This document shows, in pieces, positions 1-14,170 of a stretch of 64,000 nucleotides of DNA. How positions within the stretch are numbered: the first letter of the stretch is position 1; every line of letters starts with the position of its first letter. The stretch covers positions 22,134,001 to 22,198,000 of the forward strand of contig CM120640.1 of assembly GCA_051362555.1 (NCBI GenBank), given 5' to 3'. Position numbers and translations under genes: made by a program. Source of the DNA: Lingula anatina. Lineage: Eukaryota; Animalia; Brachiopoda. Under the pieces are notes generated by a model. The model saw nothing but the letters and a program-made list of their open reading frames with translations, was not told where the DNA came from and did not search any database.

Positions 1-111
1 ACATAGGCCTTCATCATATTGATGTGAGATGTTGACAGTCACTGACCACTAGGTGGTTTATTGTTGTTTATTAAAACCTATTTTGTGGAGAAAATGTTGG
101 CGGTCACATAC

Positions 112-3100
112 CTGGCTTCCAAGATGGCAGCAATATTTAGTGTGATGAATTGTTGGCATGTTAATTTTAACTGGCTGGCATTGTACACACTAGCAAACTC
201 CAACAATTCAGCAGCATTCTTGAGTGAGACTGAAAAGAAACACAAGGTAAAAATATTATGTTTCTCTCCACTCCCCCCTTTCCTCTAAAATGATAACAAA
301 ATTTGACATTTGAATATCAGTAAAATACTTACTGGCTTTATATAGCATGTGTTTAATAAGAAAGAGGTGTTGATTTCTAATATTATATTTGTGCAATTTG
401 AAAGGAGAGAAACCTTACTTAATTGTGCCAGTGCAACTTCACACATCTGCCTTAATCTGGTGATCAACAGTTGGTCAGCCACCACCAAGATGTTACATAG
501 CAGCTCTGCGTTGTCTGTGTCTGAAATAACACGTAAAAATCATTAAATGCAGGGATAAGACTGCTCTTTATCGAAAAATCTGAAAATATGACTGGGGTCC
601 AGGGGCCCTTCTGTATTGATCTCAAAAATGATATATTTGGCTTCCAAAAAGTTAGGAAAATCTCATTACTGTAAAATGGAATTTTTCTTTTCTGAAATGA
701 AAAACTTTTACATCTTAAACTTGCAATGCAACTTAATCCTAATATAAAGCATTGCATTCTCTTAAGTTAATAATAATGGTCATCATCATGAGGTTTTTGA
801 AACAAGAATAGCACCTTTACTTTTAATCTGCGTAACTGATTTATGTACAATGACAATTCAACTATATTATAAGAAGTCATTCACCTCACATGGCATTTAA
901 TAACGAAGTTTCTACATGAAATTCAATTGCTCACCAGAAATAATGGCAGACTCATCCGTGTAGAGGTAATCAATAATAACGCTGAGAATATCTCCCGGGA
1001 CTGGCAAGGTCAGGGCTTCTGTATTGGAGGTCTGGAAATACCACATTAAATAAATCTTAAGAAAAAAATACTGGCTACTAAAATAATCAGAGGCCATTCA
1101 AGGAATAACGATAGGAGCACACTAAATATCTTTTACATGTAACATTGTGTTTATGAAATTACTCTATGGTAATTCAGGCACTGAAAACCTGAACATGGTC
1201 TTTGCTAGATAGAAAATCAGGCAGGCAGAGAGATAGAAACAGGTACACATATACTGTAAAAGTACCATGATTCACCCACCTCCACCCATCCACTAGCCAG
1301 CATGCTATGGAAATACTCCAGTCTGGCCACCAGGATACACTTGTGTGCCTGCACAGTGTGGCTGTCGTCTGCTTTGATACACACATCGCGCAGTATGGGA
1401 CTGAAAATGTTGAGTGAATTTTTAAAAATTAACATTTAATTAATGGATTCTGATTCAATATGGCACTCTGGACAGAATCTTAAACCTATGGGGTGGGCAA
1501 CCAGTACAGATGACAAAATATTTATCAATACATCACAATGTTTCAAAATTTGAGGTTTTGTATACTAAGATACCAATTTCTATTTAAAATCTGTATATAA
1601 AAATGCACTTACTATTTCTTCCTGTCAAACTTGGGTCTAGGTGGTGAAAGATACTTTCCACTGGACATAATTTTTCCTCCAACATACTTCACAGCATCTA
1701 GCCTGAATAATAATTATAGAAAATGATATTTCACCCTCAATACATACTATGACAATTGCCAATTATTTGACAGTTTTTACATGGGCAGTAAGTAAAAATT
1801 TGAATATTTTAAACTCGTGTAATTTCTGAGATAATCAGGTAACTCAAAATGATAAGAGTAGAGGCATACTAACTTTTTCATTAATGTATGGACTCCAAAT
1901 CTTTTTGCCAACTCATGGAGCTGCTTCACTGGGTTATTACCACTTCCATCTACTGGGTGGTCTTTTTTGCCCTTTTCTTTATCTTTCCCCTTCCTCTTTT
2001 CTCTCATTTCATAAGCAGATATTTTCTTTTTAGAATTTGGCACTTGTATAAACCCTGAGTTAAAGTTTGTGTCTTCAACTGCAACATTTTCTTGATCATG
2101 CGCAGTTTGCAATTGAAAACTGTTCCCAATCTTCAACAGATCACAGTCATCAGTATAAATAAACTTTAATAAATGCATAAACAATTCAAAATCAACATCT
2201 TCAATGTGAACAGTTGGTGGAACATCATTCTCTTGTTCTGAGAGAAAAATCTTTCGGAAATAATCACTTCGGCTGGCTAATATAAATTTGTGAACTGGGA
2301 CTTCATTGCTACCAATCTAGAAAATAAAATAATACTATGTAACATATTGATAAATATACAAATATCAAACTCATATGATTGTTATGCTAACAAGGAGACA
2401 ACTTAAATTTATTTATGCAGACATTTTTTCCTTTTGTTTGAAAGTTATTAAAATTTTCAGTTTACCTTAGACACACTTTCTATACAAGGTATATCATAAC
2501 ACTTTAAATGAGAGCATTACTCAAAGAGTTACTGACTCGTAGAACAGCATCATGGATAAGATCACCAAGGTCTGCCTCATCTAGTAATGTCTGCAAGTGC
2601 TGGCCTATATCAGAGATATCAGAGTCTGGAAGCTCTGTTAAACTGAAAAAAAAAAATCAATGTAAATCTGGTTTACTGATACACATTTGAAAACAACATA
2701 ACAACAAAGTTTGACAATGCATTTAAAAAAATTGGTTACATTATTTTAAAATGTTTGCTGGACATTTTTTCTTTTTTCCTAAATCTGCTTAAAATATTTA
2801 AGAAACTGAAAAGCCAATACTAACACAGAAATTATTCAAACATCCAACATACTTAGCATTTGGTAAGTTTTGAAGCACTGAAAAGTTTCTTCCTTTTTTG
2901 TCAGCAGTAATCTGTGTGGCCCTGTGGATGTTTGGCAGTCTTTTTAATGTGACATCTTCAGTGTCGTCTTTGTCTATCAAGTCCGACAGTGATAGCATTG
3001 AAAAATCATCTAAAAGTGGGACACTGGACTGCATGTCTAAAATGAGAAGTAAAAGAAACTGTTTATCTTCTGTGACTATTAAAACAATTATCAACAAATA

Positions 3101-6100
3101 TCTGAGCCCTTATAAGTAATATTATCATTTATTGTGATCCAAATTCAATTTTAGCTACCTTTTGATATCTCTCGCTTTGAATCTTTTGCAGGCATCGCCT
3201 TCTTAGCACGTTGAGAAAAAGTCCCCAGAAAAGCCTCCCCATCACTGGTAACAATGGCAATATTGGAGGTTGTCAAGGTAACATCCACAACAGCCAATTG
3301 TCTTCCAGGAGACCAGATGCAGCGTTTCATAGTGGGACTGGAGGAACGCCACACAAACACCTGATGTAATACATAACATTTCAAAAAATCAAACACTTTT
3401 TTACATGAAAATAAATTATTTGAACAAATGTATTTTTTACACCCCGAGAGGTCACTGGTAACTCTCCTTTACTATCAGATGTTCTAGGCTGCTGGAAACA
3501 GCAAAGCAAGCTGATATAGGATAGTTTCTAGGTCTCTGAAATTCAGGCCCTTATCTTGAATGACCAAGTACTTAACAAATGTCAAATATCATGCTGGATC
3601 AGACTATAACATAAATAGGGGTAACAAAAAGCAATGCTGAAGTGACATTTAACCTGACAAAAATATCTGAAATATGTATAAAAGTCTCCTGTAATACACA
3701 CCTTTTCTGAAGTAGTCCTAACCATGACAACTAGTTCATTTCCCCCTTTCTCTCTCAACATCTCTTGGGCAGTGCTGTAGTCAAGCTGACCTCCACTGAC
3801 TACCACCTGGACTATGTCCAACCACCTGAAAGAGCATTCATTGAAAACAATTATATACTGATGAATCTTTAAAAAGTAATCCGCTTACCAGGAAGGATCG
3901 TCCCATCATACCAGATGTTGTACAGGTCCATCTTCATTCCCCGATTACTGTAGTATGGCAGATGATGGGACTGAAAGTTTTCACTTCCTCTGAATAGGAT
4001 ATTAGTCAGTTTTACCAGTATGTACTTATGTTGAGAACCAACTACCAAGAGGTGGTGTATCTCACATAAGTGACACATAAAACATGACATGTTACACCAT
4101 GCCTACACCATAAATGTCAGCAATATATAAGTCAAAAACATCACTTCTCAGGAAAATGTATGTAATATCCACTCATGCTTTGCACTCATGTATATCACAC
4201 ACACTTCACCCACTTGTGGTGGATCGATTACACGATTTCCAAACCTCTGTGCCAGGAATTCTGCATGTTATCATAAATAAATACATGCACTAAGATCTTT
4301 GTTACAGTCACAAATATAAAATTGTACATCTCTATATTCTCTCATATTTCTAAAATCTAACATTTCATCCTTAAAGGGAATTTCAAAGAGGAATTTACTT
4401 TGAAGCTATTTTCCTGCATTGGTATTCATGTAGGGCATATATGTCTCCCTTTTTGGTGGCACATACTGTGGCTGCATCAGAACAGGCAACGTGGCTGATT
4501 ACAAAGTCTTTGTGGTTCAATGGAGACACCTGGCGTGGCTGAGAACAAATTCTATCACCTTTACTGTGACCTGGAATTTTAACAATTTTGACTTAGAATC
4601 ATGAAGAGCTGTGAAAAATGAATAACATATGCCTCTTTAGATATCTGGAATCATTTCTGACAGATCTTATTATATTATTTCTACTACCATTACGTGTGTA
4701 TCTGATTGTATTTGTTTGTTAATTTTTAACTTCAGAAGGACAATTTTTACAAAACCACTCAGATTCATTTTCAATAAGATATACCTAGCTGTCCAGCATT
4801 GAGACCAAATGTAAAGACAGCATCCCTGGTATAAATCACAGTGTGAAAGCGACCTGTACAGATACCCTCTATCACTTTTCCTTTCAGCAGTTTATGGTTC
4901 ATCTAGGGATTGACAATATATGTACTTTACTAATCAATTTATTGAAAAATCAACACAGTCTAAATTATAAAGTACTGACTTTTGCCATGTTTACAAGATA
5001 TAGTCAATACCACTTAAATCATTCCAGGGTATAAAAGAATAAAAATGGAAATATTTTTAAACAGGCCATACTATCTTACTTTAAACTATATGTGGTTAGA
5101 CCAACTATTTTTACCTGCTTTGGAAGAAGACTTTTATCTGGTGCTGGGTACTGTCCTAACTGATGGCTGTCATTCAGGCCACATGAATAAATAATGCCAC
5201 TGAAACATAAACAAGATGGACATTACAACATATTCATATAATAATTTGAAAGTTTGAATGTCATAAGTTTAAGTTCTTCAATCCACAACAAGCCCGCAAA
5301 GACTGGCAAATTTACAGACCAGTATCAGTATCAAGAATGATGGTAAAAATACAGAGACACAGAGGGATGTTCTTTAAAATAAAACAGCCCGGAACAATTT
5401 TTGACTTACACTGCACTCAAAGTGACCCCAGACATATTTAGAGAACAGATTTTTTGTGTAAGATAGTACACAAGGGATGCAATACCCAGGTAAATATTTG
5501 CTAATATTCATATAAAGCAGCAGAATTTACCTGGTTTTAAACACATATTTCAGTCCTGTTTTAAGTAAAGCGGTGTCTGACTTATGTTATTGCAGTAGTA
5601 CAAAGAAATAATACTGTACCAAAGCAGACAGACAGACACAAAATATATAACATGTATCTAATGTGTCATGCTTACCTTTCTGTCAACATGAGAGTGTGAT
5701 CTCTGGCAGCTGCCACCAAGGTGACCACCTCAGTCTTCAGTGCCTCCACTAAGGTGGGCTGTAGACAAGTTTGTTCATGTCCCTGCCCCAGTCTGCCTCC
5801 TCTACCATGTCCACAAGTGTACACTTGGCCCCCATCAGACAGAAACACTGTGTGGTACTTACACATCACAACCTACAGACAAAGGAAATATTTTCAACAC
5901 CCCTTGCGCTAAACTAGCAATGATGTATAATCCTAATAAGAGTTTACATTTATTCTTTACTGCTGAGTTTACTTATCATATCAAACAAAAGCATTTTAAC
6001 TAATCTTTTCAACAAAAGGAATTTCTGTTCCATTATTACTGCACGTGCTATAGGCCCACTGCCCATGTCTAGGGTACCTGTTTGATGCTAATATTCCCTT

Positions 6101-7217
6101 TGTGGAATAGTTCTAGTAGCTCAGGGTTTCTTCTCTGCTCATTTCCATGACCAAGATTGAAGTTAGCATTATCTCCCCAACTGTACACATCACTGGGTTC
6201 TAATAAAACAAGAAATGTTTAGAAGTCTTCTGCAAAAACAGGACTGATCACTATTCCTTAAAATAAAAGTGACTGCTGCAATAAAATACCCCCCTGTGGT
6301 TTCCTTAAAATATATACATATATATTTTAAAACTTATAGCTTATCATATAGGAGTAAGACTCATATTACATATCTGTTGATTTTGAAGAAAATCAATATA
6401 TATTATTGTACTTAACCGTTTCATTTAATGAACCGGAATAATAAAATCAGTAATGTAAAATTTACATAATAAAGGTCAACATGCAAGTTCCATAGGAAAA
6501 TCACTGTGGGCATTCTCATCGAACAAAACCATCTGTTATTTCCCACCACATGTTCCTGACACTGACCTTTTGATGAGAACTGCACATGTGGCAGTCTGTC
6601 TTTCATGGCAAGGTCTAGAGCTGTTAGACTCTCATTATCACGGGACTGCATGGGAGAGTGGTGCTGAAAAGTTATCATACCACTATTACCAAATTTATAA
6701 AATACTTTTCACAAGTATTACCAATAAAATTAAACAAGGTGTTTTTTTGTAAAAAAGTTTTCATAAATTATTTACTGTCGCTTGCATGTCATTTCCAACT
6801 CATAAAACTATGCCAAACCCTCTAATATATCTATAGGAAAACAGTAATGGTTCAGACTATACTAGTAGTTATCTGTATAGGTAAATCAAGTTATTTTACC
6901 ATGATAAGTATCCTTGCTGCTGCCAGCTGACCATAGAAAATAGCTCTGTGCAGGGCAGTCCATCCAGATTCTGTGTCTTTTATAGCTTTATCTGCAGTGG
7001 TTTCTTGTAGCAACCACTCAACAACCTCCCACTTCCCACAAGAAGCTGCCATGTGCAGTACTGTTCTTCCCCATATATCTCTTGCAGTGTGGAAGTTATA
7101 ACACTGATGGCAGTATGCTTTAATTTGTTGTGTGTTCCCTCTAATAACTGCTGCCAACAGTTCCAATGCATGATTATAGGAAGAGCACTTTGGTCCACAT
7201 GCTAATTCAATAGGCAT
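112..7217 (-). CDS. IBTK: Inhibitor of Bruton tyrosine kinase homolog (ankyrin repeats, RCC1 repeats, two BTB domains); multi-exon, continues past the left edge
   Basis: GT-AG exons read on the minus strand: 7217-6900 (ankyrin: GRTVLHMAASCG, ESGWTALHRAIFYGQL), 6663-6567, 6199-6078 (VYSWGDNANFNLGHG), 5872-5676 (VYTCGHGRGGRLGQG), 5199-5115, 4902-4785, 4570-4399, 3825-3702, 3360-3159, 3036-2853, 2642-2537, 2316-1874 (BTB1: PVHKFILASRSDYF), 1702-1613, 1400-1280 (BTB2: AHKCILVARLEYFHSML), 1031-935, 520-419, 229-112. The ANK-RCC1-BTB-BTB order is diagnostic of IBTK. Confidence 0.93.
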
Positions 7218-7526
7218 TGTAAAAGTTACTTTTGTACATTTAATTATTTAAATCCAATTACAAAAAAAGGGATGACACTTGATCCCTGGGATAAAACAGA
7301 ATTGATAATACTTGTGCTCTCTAATACTAGTAAGTGTCCTCTCACAAAACCAAAGCACCTTTAGGCCATCCTACAAGGGAGGCCAAAAAGTGGCCATTTT
7401 TGTATGGGTTTAGGCTTCCATAATTGTCAAAATTAACCTGAATAGAGAAAAAATACTTAGTATGAGTGTCAATGAATACAAATGATTTAAATTAATTTTC
7501 AAATTAATATGCTACCATTAGAAATA

Positions 7527-7698
7527 CTGGGGTAGCGCTAGCAAAATTTTTGGCTTATCCAAATTACCACTTTTTGTCAATTTGTTATCAAAATGGTTAT
7601 AATTTGACTAAAACAAGGTAAATCAGGCCCTTTTTCTTTAGCCAATTTAAGTCAGTTTCAGCATTTGGCTAAATTGGCGAGTGTTAGCGCTACCCCAG
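7527..7698. mobile_element. MITE with ~17-bp TIRs and a near-perfect 5-bp TSD (hAT5-like)
   Basis: CTGGGGTAGCGCTAGCA ... TGTTAGCGCTACCCCAG, flanked by AAATA/AAACA. Confidence 0.6.
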
Positions 7699-8160
7699 AA
7701 ACAGAAACTACTCTCCCACCCACCCCACTCATGCAACCCATAAAAGAAAAATGAAAGCTATCCCGCTTCCTGTTGGGTATATTGACCATCGTGTGCAATA
7801 TTACAATATTACATATTAATAACCCTCCAGCCCCGCTGGCGGGTTTTATGAGATAAGACTAATATTACTTAACGTTATCCATATCTTTCTAATCCATCTT
7901 TCTAATTCTATTGTACATAAGCAAGATATGAGTATTAAGGGATAAGTTATTAACACTGCAGGCGCCTTGAAGACAAAAAAGGCGTGCACATGATATGACT
8001 TTGTGCAACATTAACAGCAGCGGCAATATTAAGAATTCCTGCAGTGCCCAGCTGGTGCCTTCGGAACGAGTAGAGTCGTAAATTGTCAACACAAGCCGTG
8101 AGAGGTTACATATCTTGACATCTGAAAATTATATAATGATATGAAACCGACTTCACTTAC

Positions 8161-8280
8161 CTATCTTACTTAACAATATACTCCAAGACAAGAGATGCAG
8201 ACAGAAAAGGGATAGAAATGGGCGAGACTGCAAATATTTTGACTTCCATGGAGGCGGCCATATTTGATGCGTGTCGTATA
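8161..8280 (-). other. IBTK: Probable non-coding first exon of IBTK
   Basis: Minus-strand donor AG|GTAAGT at 8161/8160, with a matching acceptor at 7438 upstream of the ATG at 7217. The region is CpG-richer and carries a YY1-like motif. The 5' end is approximate. Confidence 0.55.
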
Positions 8281-8510
8281 GTCTTCAACCGCTACGATTA
8301 ATACAAATAGATTAGTTAGCGAAATTCTTATAGGTGCGTGATACTAAAAAATAATATTTAACACTTGGGAAAAGGAATAATTCTTAAATACTTCAACGAA
8401 TGATAATAAAAAGTATAAATTAATGTCTTCAGATGGTTTGAAGACTATAAATCAAAATAGCCAATCAAATTGCAAAATTGATTTTGAAGGAAAATGGCGA
8501 CCTCTTTCAT
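8250..8510. promoter_or_regulatory. Bidirectional promoter region between IBTK and still life
   Basis: Divergent YY1-type motifs: AAATATGGCCGCC (minus, 8253-8265) and AAAATGGCG (plus, 8491-8499). CCAAT box AGCCAATCA at 8459-8467. CpG is locally enriched between two head-to-head genes. Confidence 0.55.
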
Positions 8511-10967
8511 GCAGGTGGGTGCCTTTGTCGTGTGGAAGCAATTAGGTCTTGCGATGGTTTTCAGTTGTTGCAACCAAATTTTACGAGAGGTTTTAAAAAT
8601 GTCTATGTATTGAGTTGCTTGGACGAAGTGATAAACGCATTTATCGGTTTTTACCTGTTGATCTGTCGTGTTGCTAATGTCAACTAACTCTCAGGCAGGT
8701 TATTATTATTAATGTCTTTCCGTATCATACCATTTGAGACTAACACTGTAACAGCTGCGCTAGAGGAGCTTTCTTTATTTGGAATTTACAGCAATATATA
8801 TTAAGGATAGACAGGTAGATATTGTTTCAATTTTTTTCAAAATATGAATGTAACTGAAGAATTTTAGTGTCGCGCAGTAGACGTTTTCAATTTATTTCCT
8901 TTATCTGGTCAAGATTAAAGACAATGAAGTCATTTGAAATAGGAAGTAGGAAGTGCAGAGATTGAGAGTACTATTTTCTATTGCTAAAGTCATAGTCATA
9001 GTAATTACATGACTCAAAGTGTATGATGTTATAAGAAAAGTTCATTTCAGTATCTTAGCTGTGTTTGTTTAGATTCATGTACTGCAGTATGGATACGGTT
9101 GCTTCTGTATATTTATTGAGCATAAATGTATGCGTCAGTCATATCACAAGTGCCCTATTGAACTTTTGCACATAACTTCCCTCAACTGCCTCAGATACAA
9201 CTACCTATAAATATCCTTGGTTATTAAAAAGAATCTAACTGTATGGGATACATGGAGTTTAATTTCAGCCCCTTTTCTGACAATATATCAACAAATAAAT
9301 CTCCAAAAGGTGACAGAAATAATCATTTAAGTATACTTGGGTGTATTTCATTTCAGCACTCACACAAACCCTCAATGGAACTTGAAAATGTAAAAATAAG
9401 GGCTTTAAACATAGTCTGCTGGCTTTTCTTCCAGAATACATGATTCATGAATTTGTTGCAGGGTGTCTGACATATTCTCACTTCATTTCTTTAAAAAGAA
9501 AAACAAATAAAACAGTGTGCCCCAGCTCCAGGCTAGTTGGAATACATAGTGACACTTAATGTTGATATATATTCAGAGCTGTTGAGTAAATCTACACTCG
9601 AGTGGTCTGACCTTCCATGCAGTATAATTAACAGCTTTCTCTACAAACCACTCTTTCAATTATTAATCATTTTCTTTACTGTCCCTCAGAGCAGAAAACA
9701 ATCAACTATTTGTACTTCATGCCTTCAACGGATTGAGTCCTGCAATATGATTGCATAAGTGCAAGTAAAATCAATTTACATCCTTGATTACATAGAGACT
9801 ACTGTGAGGGCTGTGCTATAACTCAGATGTCATTTTGATCCTATAGCAGATTAGAAAGAAATGAAATTTGGTATTATTATGAAGAAAATTACAATTGTAA
9901 TATCCATCATGAAACGTATAGGCTATGTGTGCCTGCATTTGTACTTTGTTCATTATATTTTTATTATTGTTTCGTAGAAAAAATGAAAGGAGCATGATTT
10001 TGTCTTTTTTGTAAGAGAAGGTATTTTTACATTAGTGTGAATATTTGTATTGTTGTGAACCTGAATTGAATAGTTATGTATCAAGTGAATTATTGAATAA
10101 TACAGTGAGAAAATGAACAAATAGCATAGGATAAATCAATGATATTAATTGCTTTTATCATTCCTGCCACTCTCTGAAATTGTATAGAATAACCTTTTAT
10201 ATTTATATGAGGGCTATTTATATTTAATCTATTTCTGTGAAAAGTTCATCTCAAATAATCTTACACAGAAAAGAAGTGACACTGGAAACATGTGAGATCA
10301 GTTGATAAGCTGAGAATTTGAGGCTTGGCTATAAAAAAAACTATATAAGCACATGCTCTGTTTCACTTGGTTGCAATAAAGTCTTGCCAGTCTTTTGACT
10401 TTTACTGGGGCAGGTGTCATTGAGTGATCACCTGTGTTAATGGTGTTTACCTAACACCTAAAAGGTATTGTAATTTCAATGTAATATGCTAACTGCAACA
10501 TGGCACCTTGCTGCAACACACAAGGGTAATTACAGATTGATATTCCGCAAAGTAATACATCTTAAGATTATGTCTTCATAAAGGATATAAATGACCAATT
10601 AGGGGTGCTATTTTTAGTCTGATGGATGAGTAATGATAAATTATAATTTCCTTCTATTAACCTCTCCACGCCATGTGGAATATATCAGAGAATACACATA
10701 TTCTGCAAAAAGTGATCCTATTCTTACTATTACATTTAGAAATAGTGATTTCTGAACACCATTTGATTTTGCTCCTCATCTGGTAAGTCTGACTTGGAAA
10801 TGGAAAATAGATGTGTTGCAATATTGAGTAAGTTTTATATAGATGCCATGATAAACAAAGGTTTTGTTAAGAGAAGACATTGATCAGTGGACATTTTAAA
10901 AAATGAAAAGGTCAATCATGGCTTATGGTTGGAAGAAGAAAAAGTTATCCATTTCTAAGACAAAAGT

Positions 10968-11057
10968 ATATATATATATATATATATATCTGAAATATTT
11001 TCTGTTGGCTGCCACTTGTATAACTTTACAGCCGTTCATCACCATCATCATCTCTCT

Positions 11058-11153
<96 letters not shown>
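10968..11153. repeat. Microsatellite cluster: (TA)n, (TC)n(TG)n, (AG)n
   Basis: Dinucleotide runs visible directly; they produce spurious CV/HT/ER ORFs. Confidence 0.95.
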
Positions 11154-11154
<1 letters not shown>

Positions 11155-11715
11155 AAATATGTTGGGCAAGGATACATGTAACCACTTTTTCATGGTGGAG
11201 TTAATTTAATCGTTGTATTGGCAGTTTCTTATCAATCTCTCTGCTCTACATGGACAGGCATGGGATCAATACCAAACACTGGTCCCCTCACAGAGCCTGC
11301 TTTCTTTCCAAACAAATTTATCAATTAGCATGCTTGATAGTGCTTGTCAGGAGCCCAATATTTTGATTAGGGCACATAATAGGAAGTAAATAATACTGAT
11401 GAATTCAGTAACTAATAAAGGTATTTCCATTTATTATAGTCTTTGATGCATTTAATGTTGAAATTATCGAAGAACCTCTTATGCTTTTCATTGTTGTTGC
11501 TTTTGTTCATTATGCGTATTAAATAGGTTAGCTGTACAGGTTATGGTGAAACTGATCGAATGTGGACCATGTTAACACCTTCAAGTATGTTAAAGGTATT
11601 CCTTACAGTTAATAAATATATGATGATTTTATACCCCAACTCAATTTTCTTAAATACTCTCAGCCTCTCTATGTCTAACTTTTTATTGATTATTATTTTA
11701 TTATTATCTTTTCAG

Positions 11716-11752
11716 ATTTAAAAAAGAGTAACAGTCCTGACTATCAGTAGAG
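11716..11752 (+). other. Possible 37-nt 5'UTR exon of still life
   Basis: Pyrimidine tract with TTTTCAG acceptor and AG|GTAAG donor; no ATG. Confidence 0.4.
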
Positions 11753-13479
11753 GTAAGACTGTAAGTGTATGGTTATATTAGTATAGGTATAAAACAGTTA
11801 CTATTCAGATACCATTTGGACAAATATGATGACCTTATATTTTTAATTCTCTTTGTTATTTTTATTATTTAATTATATTTAATTAATTTTTGTAAAGATG
11901 GATTTGGACAATCAGTAAAACTAATTCAGCTATCTATTGTTTTACTCTTTTTGCCAAGACTACTTACCTATAGAGGTAGCGCATATGCCATAGATTTGAA
12001 ATTGTAAAAACTCATTATTTTTGCTCAACAGATGGATAGACACTGCTGTAATTGCCAGTAATTTGTGGGTTTTCTGGATTGATTAGCATGAAGATAATGT
12101 TTCAGGGAACTTGGTCTTTGTATTTTCCCTGGAAAATTGAGATAAATGTATTGCAGAATTGACTTTTTTATGATGGAAAGGTGTGCTATTCATTGTGTAG
12201 GCTAAACCTTTCATGTCAAGTTGCATTTAGATGAAAATGTGTTGTTGTCATTGAATTACTCCTGATCTAGGGAGAGTTTGACTTTATTATGTCAGTTGTA
12301 TCAAAAGTTTCTATTGCATAAGCTTCCCTGCAGCAAGCAATTATTATTAAATTTGGCATGCATGAAATCAGTTAAAAAACATGGAACCATGAAAATCATG
12401 TTTCAGGAAATGAACAGTTAGGAAATGAACTGAAAAATTTCAGTAATCTTTCGGATCTAAGAATATAAATCTAGTAATTACTGGTTGATAAAATCAGCTG
12501 TGCTTCCCACCAGCTTTAGGAACTGAATTAATTCACTGCCCAAAGATTAAAAAAATTATGTACAGATTAAAATTTAAAGCTGGGAAGTTCTTGGGAGGGG
12601 AGAAAGAAAAAAGTAAGATATGGAGATAAAACTGCTCAGACTGGGCCATTTTAATACAAGGGCTATTAATTGTGCGTCATGTGTAAACAGAACTTGACTA
12701 TTGCACATTGCCATGGTAACACAGGCCAGACAGCACACTACATGTGTAGAGGATTCTCATTGGTTTCCATGCGGAAGGTCCATGATGCCAGAGAAGAGCA
12801 GTTATATTTGACCTGCAGTGCACCCAGTAGTACTGGGATATGTAGGAGGAATTATTATCAATTAGACAGGGGGCATGCAGACCACTGGGTGTAGCAAATG
12901 CTGTTACCATGCACTTAAAATGCAGACATGCAGTTCAGCAGCAGTGTGGGAGGAATAGTTACATGGGACTGAACATGCTTCTTTCTGCAGATGTGTTATC
13001 AATCTCTTGTACTCATATTGATTTTCTGTTCATGATTATGCTGCATTACTGACTCTCTTTCCCCATTTTTTTTTCTGATATCTTCTGTAACTGAGTTTCT
13101 GTGGTAATATTCAATGTATGGCAGGTTCTTGCTAGTTGGTTCTTCACCATGAACTGTGGTTTGATCAATGTCACACTTTAATCGTGTTAGCACCAGATGG
13201 TTTGGCCCAACCACTATGTTTTGGTCTCTTTATTTAACATTACTTGATTAATATCTAAAAGCAGGGTTAGTATCATATTGTTAGTATACATATGCAAATG
13301 ATAGTCTGTGTTATGACGTGGATGTGATAATAAATGATATAGACAATTAAATTTTTCCATCCAAGTTTTTATAACTAAGTTTTGATACAGCATTGCATGT
13401 TGATATAAGTGCTGCTTCTCTAGGGCACCAACTAGACAGATAACGACTTTTTAAGCCTTAAAAAGGGATGAGATGTTTG

Positions 13480-14170
13480 TGAACTTAAGCCCCAGATTTG
13501 TGAATACGAATGCCCAAATTAACAACTTAAACCACAAATTAAGAACCCAAACATAAAATAAGTAGCCACAAGCACAGCGCTAGGAACTATGAGCCGTGAA
13601 TCCACTGAACTACCCATTTGGTATGTTCTGTATAAGCCAGAAATAGTCGAGAGCACATTGCTGCCATATTAATATGCGGTACTGATAGTAGATTATATGA
13701 ATTAGTTTGGTTTGTTTTGAGACTTTTTTTTGTATTTTTTTTTCTAAGATAAAAGGAATACATGAAAACAGATATTTGTGAGTTTGTGGAAACTATCATT
13801 AAATCAATTTTGCTTCTGTCCTTTTTGCCAAGTTCTAGCCACTTTTTGGGGCTTTGGTGTAGAAGTCCAAAGACTCCTTTTATTTTCATCAAAGAAGTTA
13901 AAAGAGGAAAAAATGTCACTCTTTTTCGACAAGGAATCTTTGAGAGCTCTGACGTGCTGTTTCATGTATCTTCCACCATATTGAAAATAGACCTGGGTTG
14001 AGGTAAAGAATCCATACGTGCACAGCCAGAGAACCTGATGAAAGCTGGTCAAATCAACTGTGTGCTCTGAAGCTGTGCTTGTGGCTACTTATTTTACGTT
14101 CCAGCACTTAAAACATGGCTCAAGTGGGTAATTTAGACATTCTTGCTCCCAAATCTAAGGTTCATAATAG
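13480..14170. mobile_element. Degenerate non-autonomous DNA transposon with long (~100-bp) imperfect TIRs
   Basis: AAAATAAGTAGCCACAAGCACAGC (13555-13578) is the exact reverse complement of 14073-14096. Weaker complementarity extends ~75 bp outward on both sides. Ends are approximate. Confidence 0.6.

Noticed and set aside
10903-11204. ORFs rich in CV/HT/ER dipeptides (also near 25582, 29682, 30640 and 32667)
   Set aside because: These are translations of dinucleotide microsatellites.
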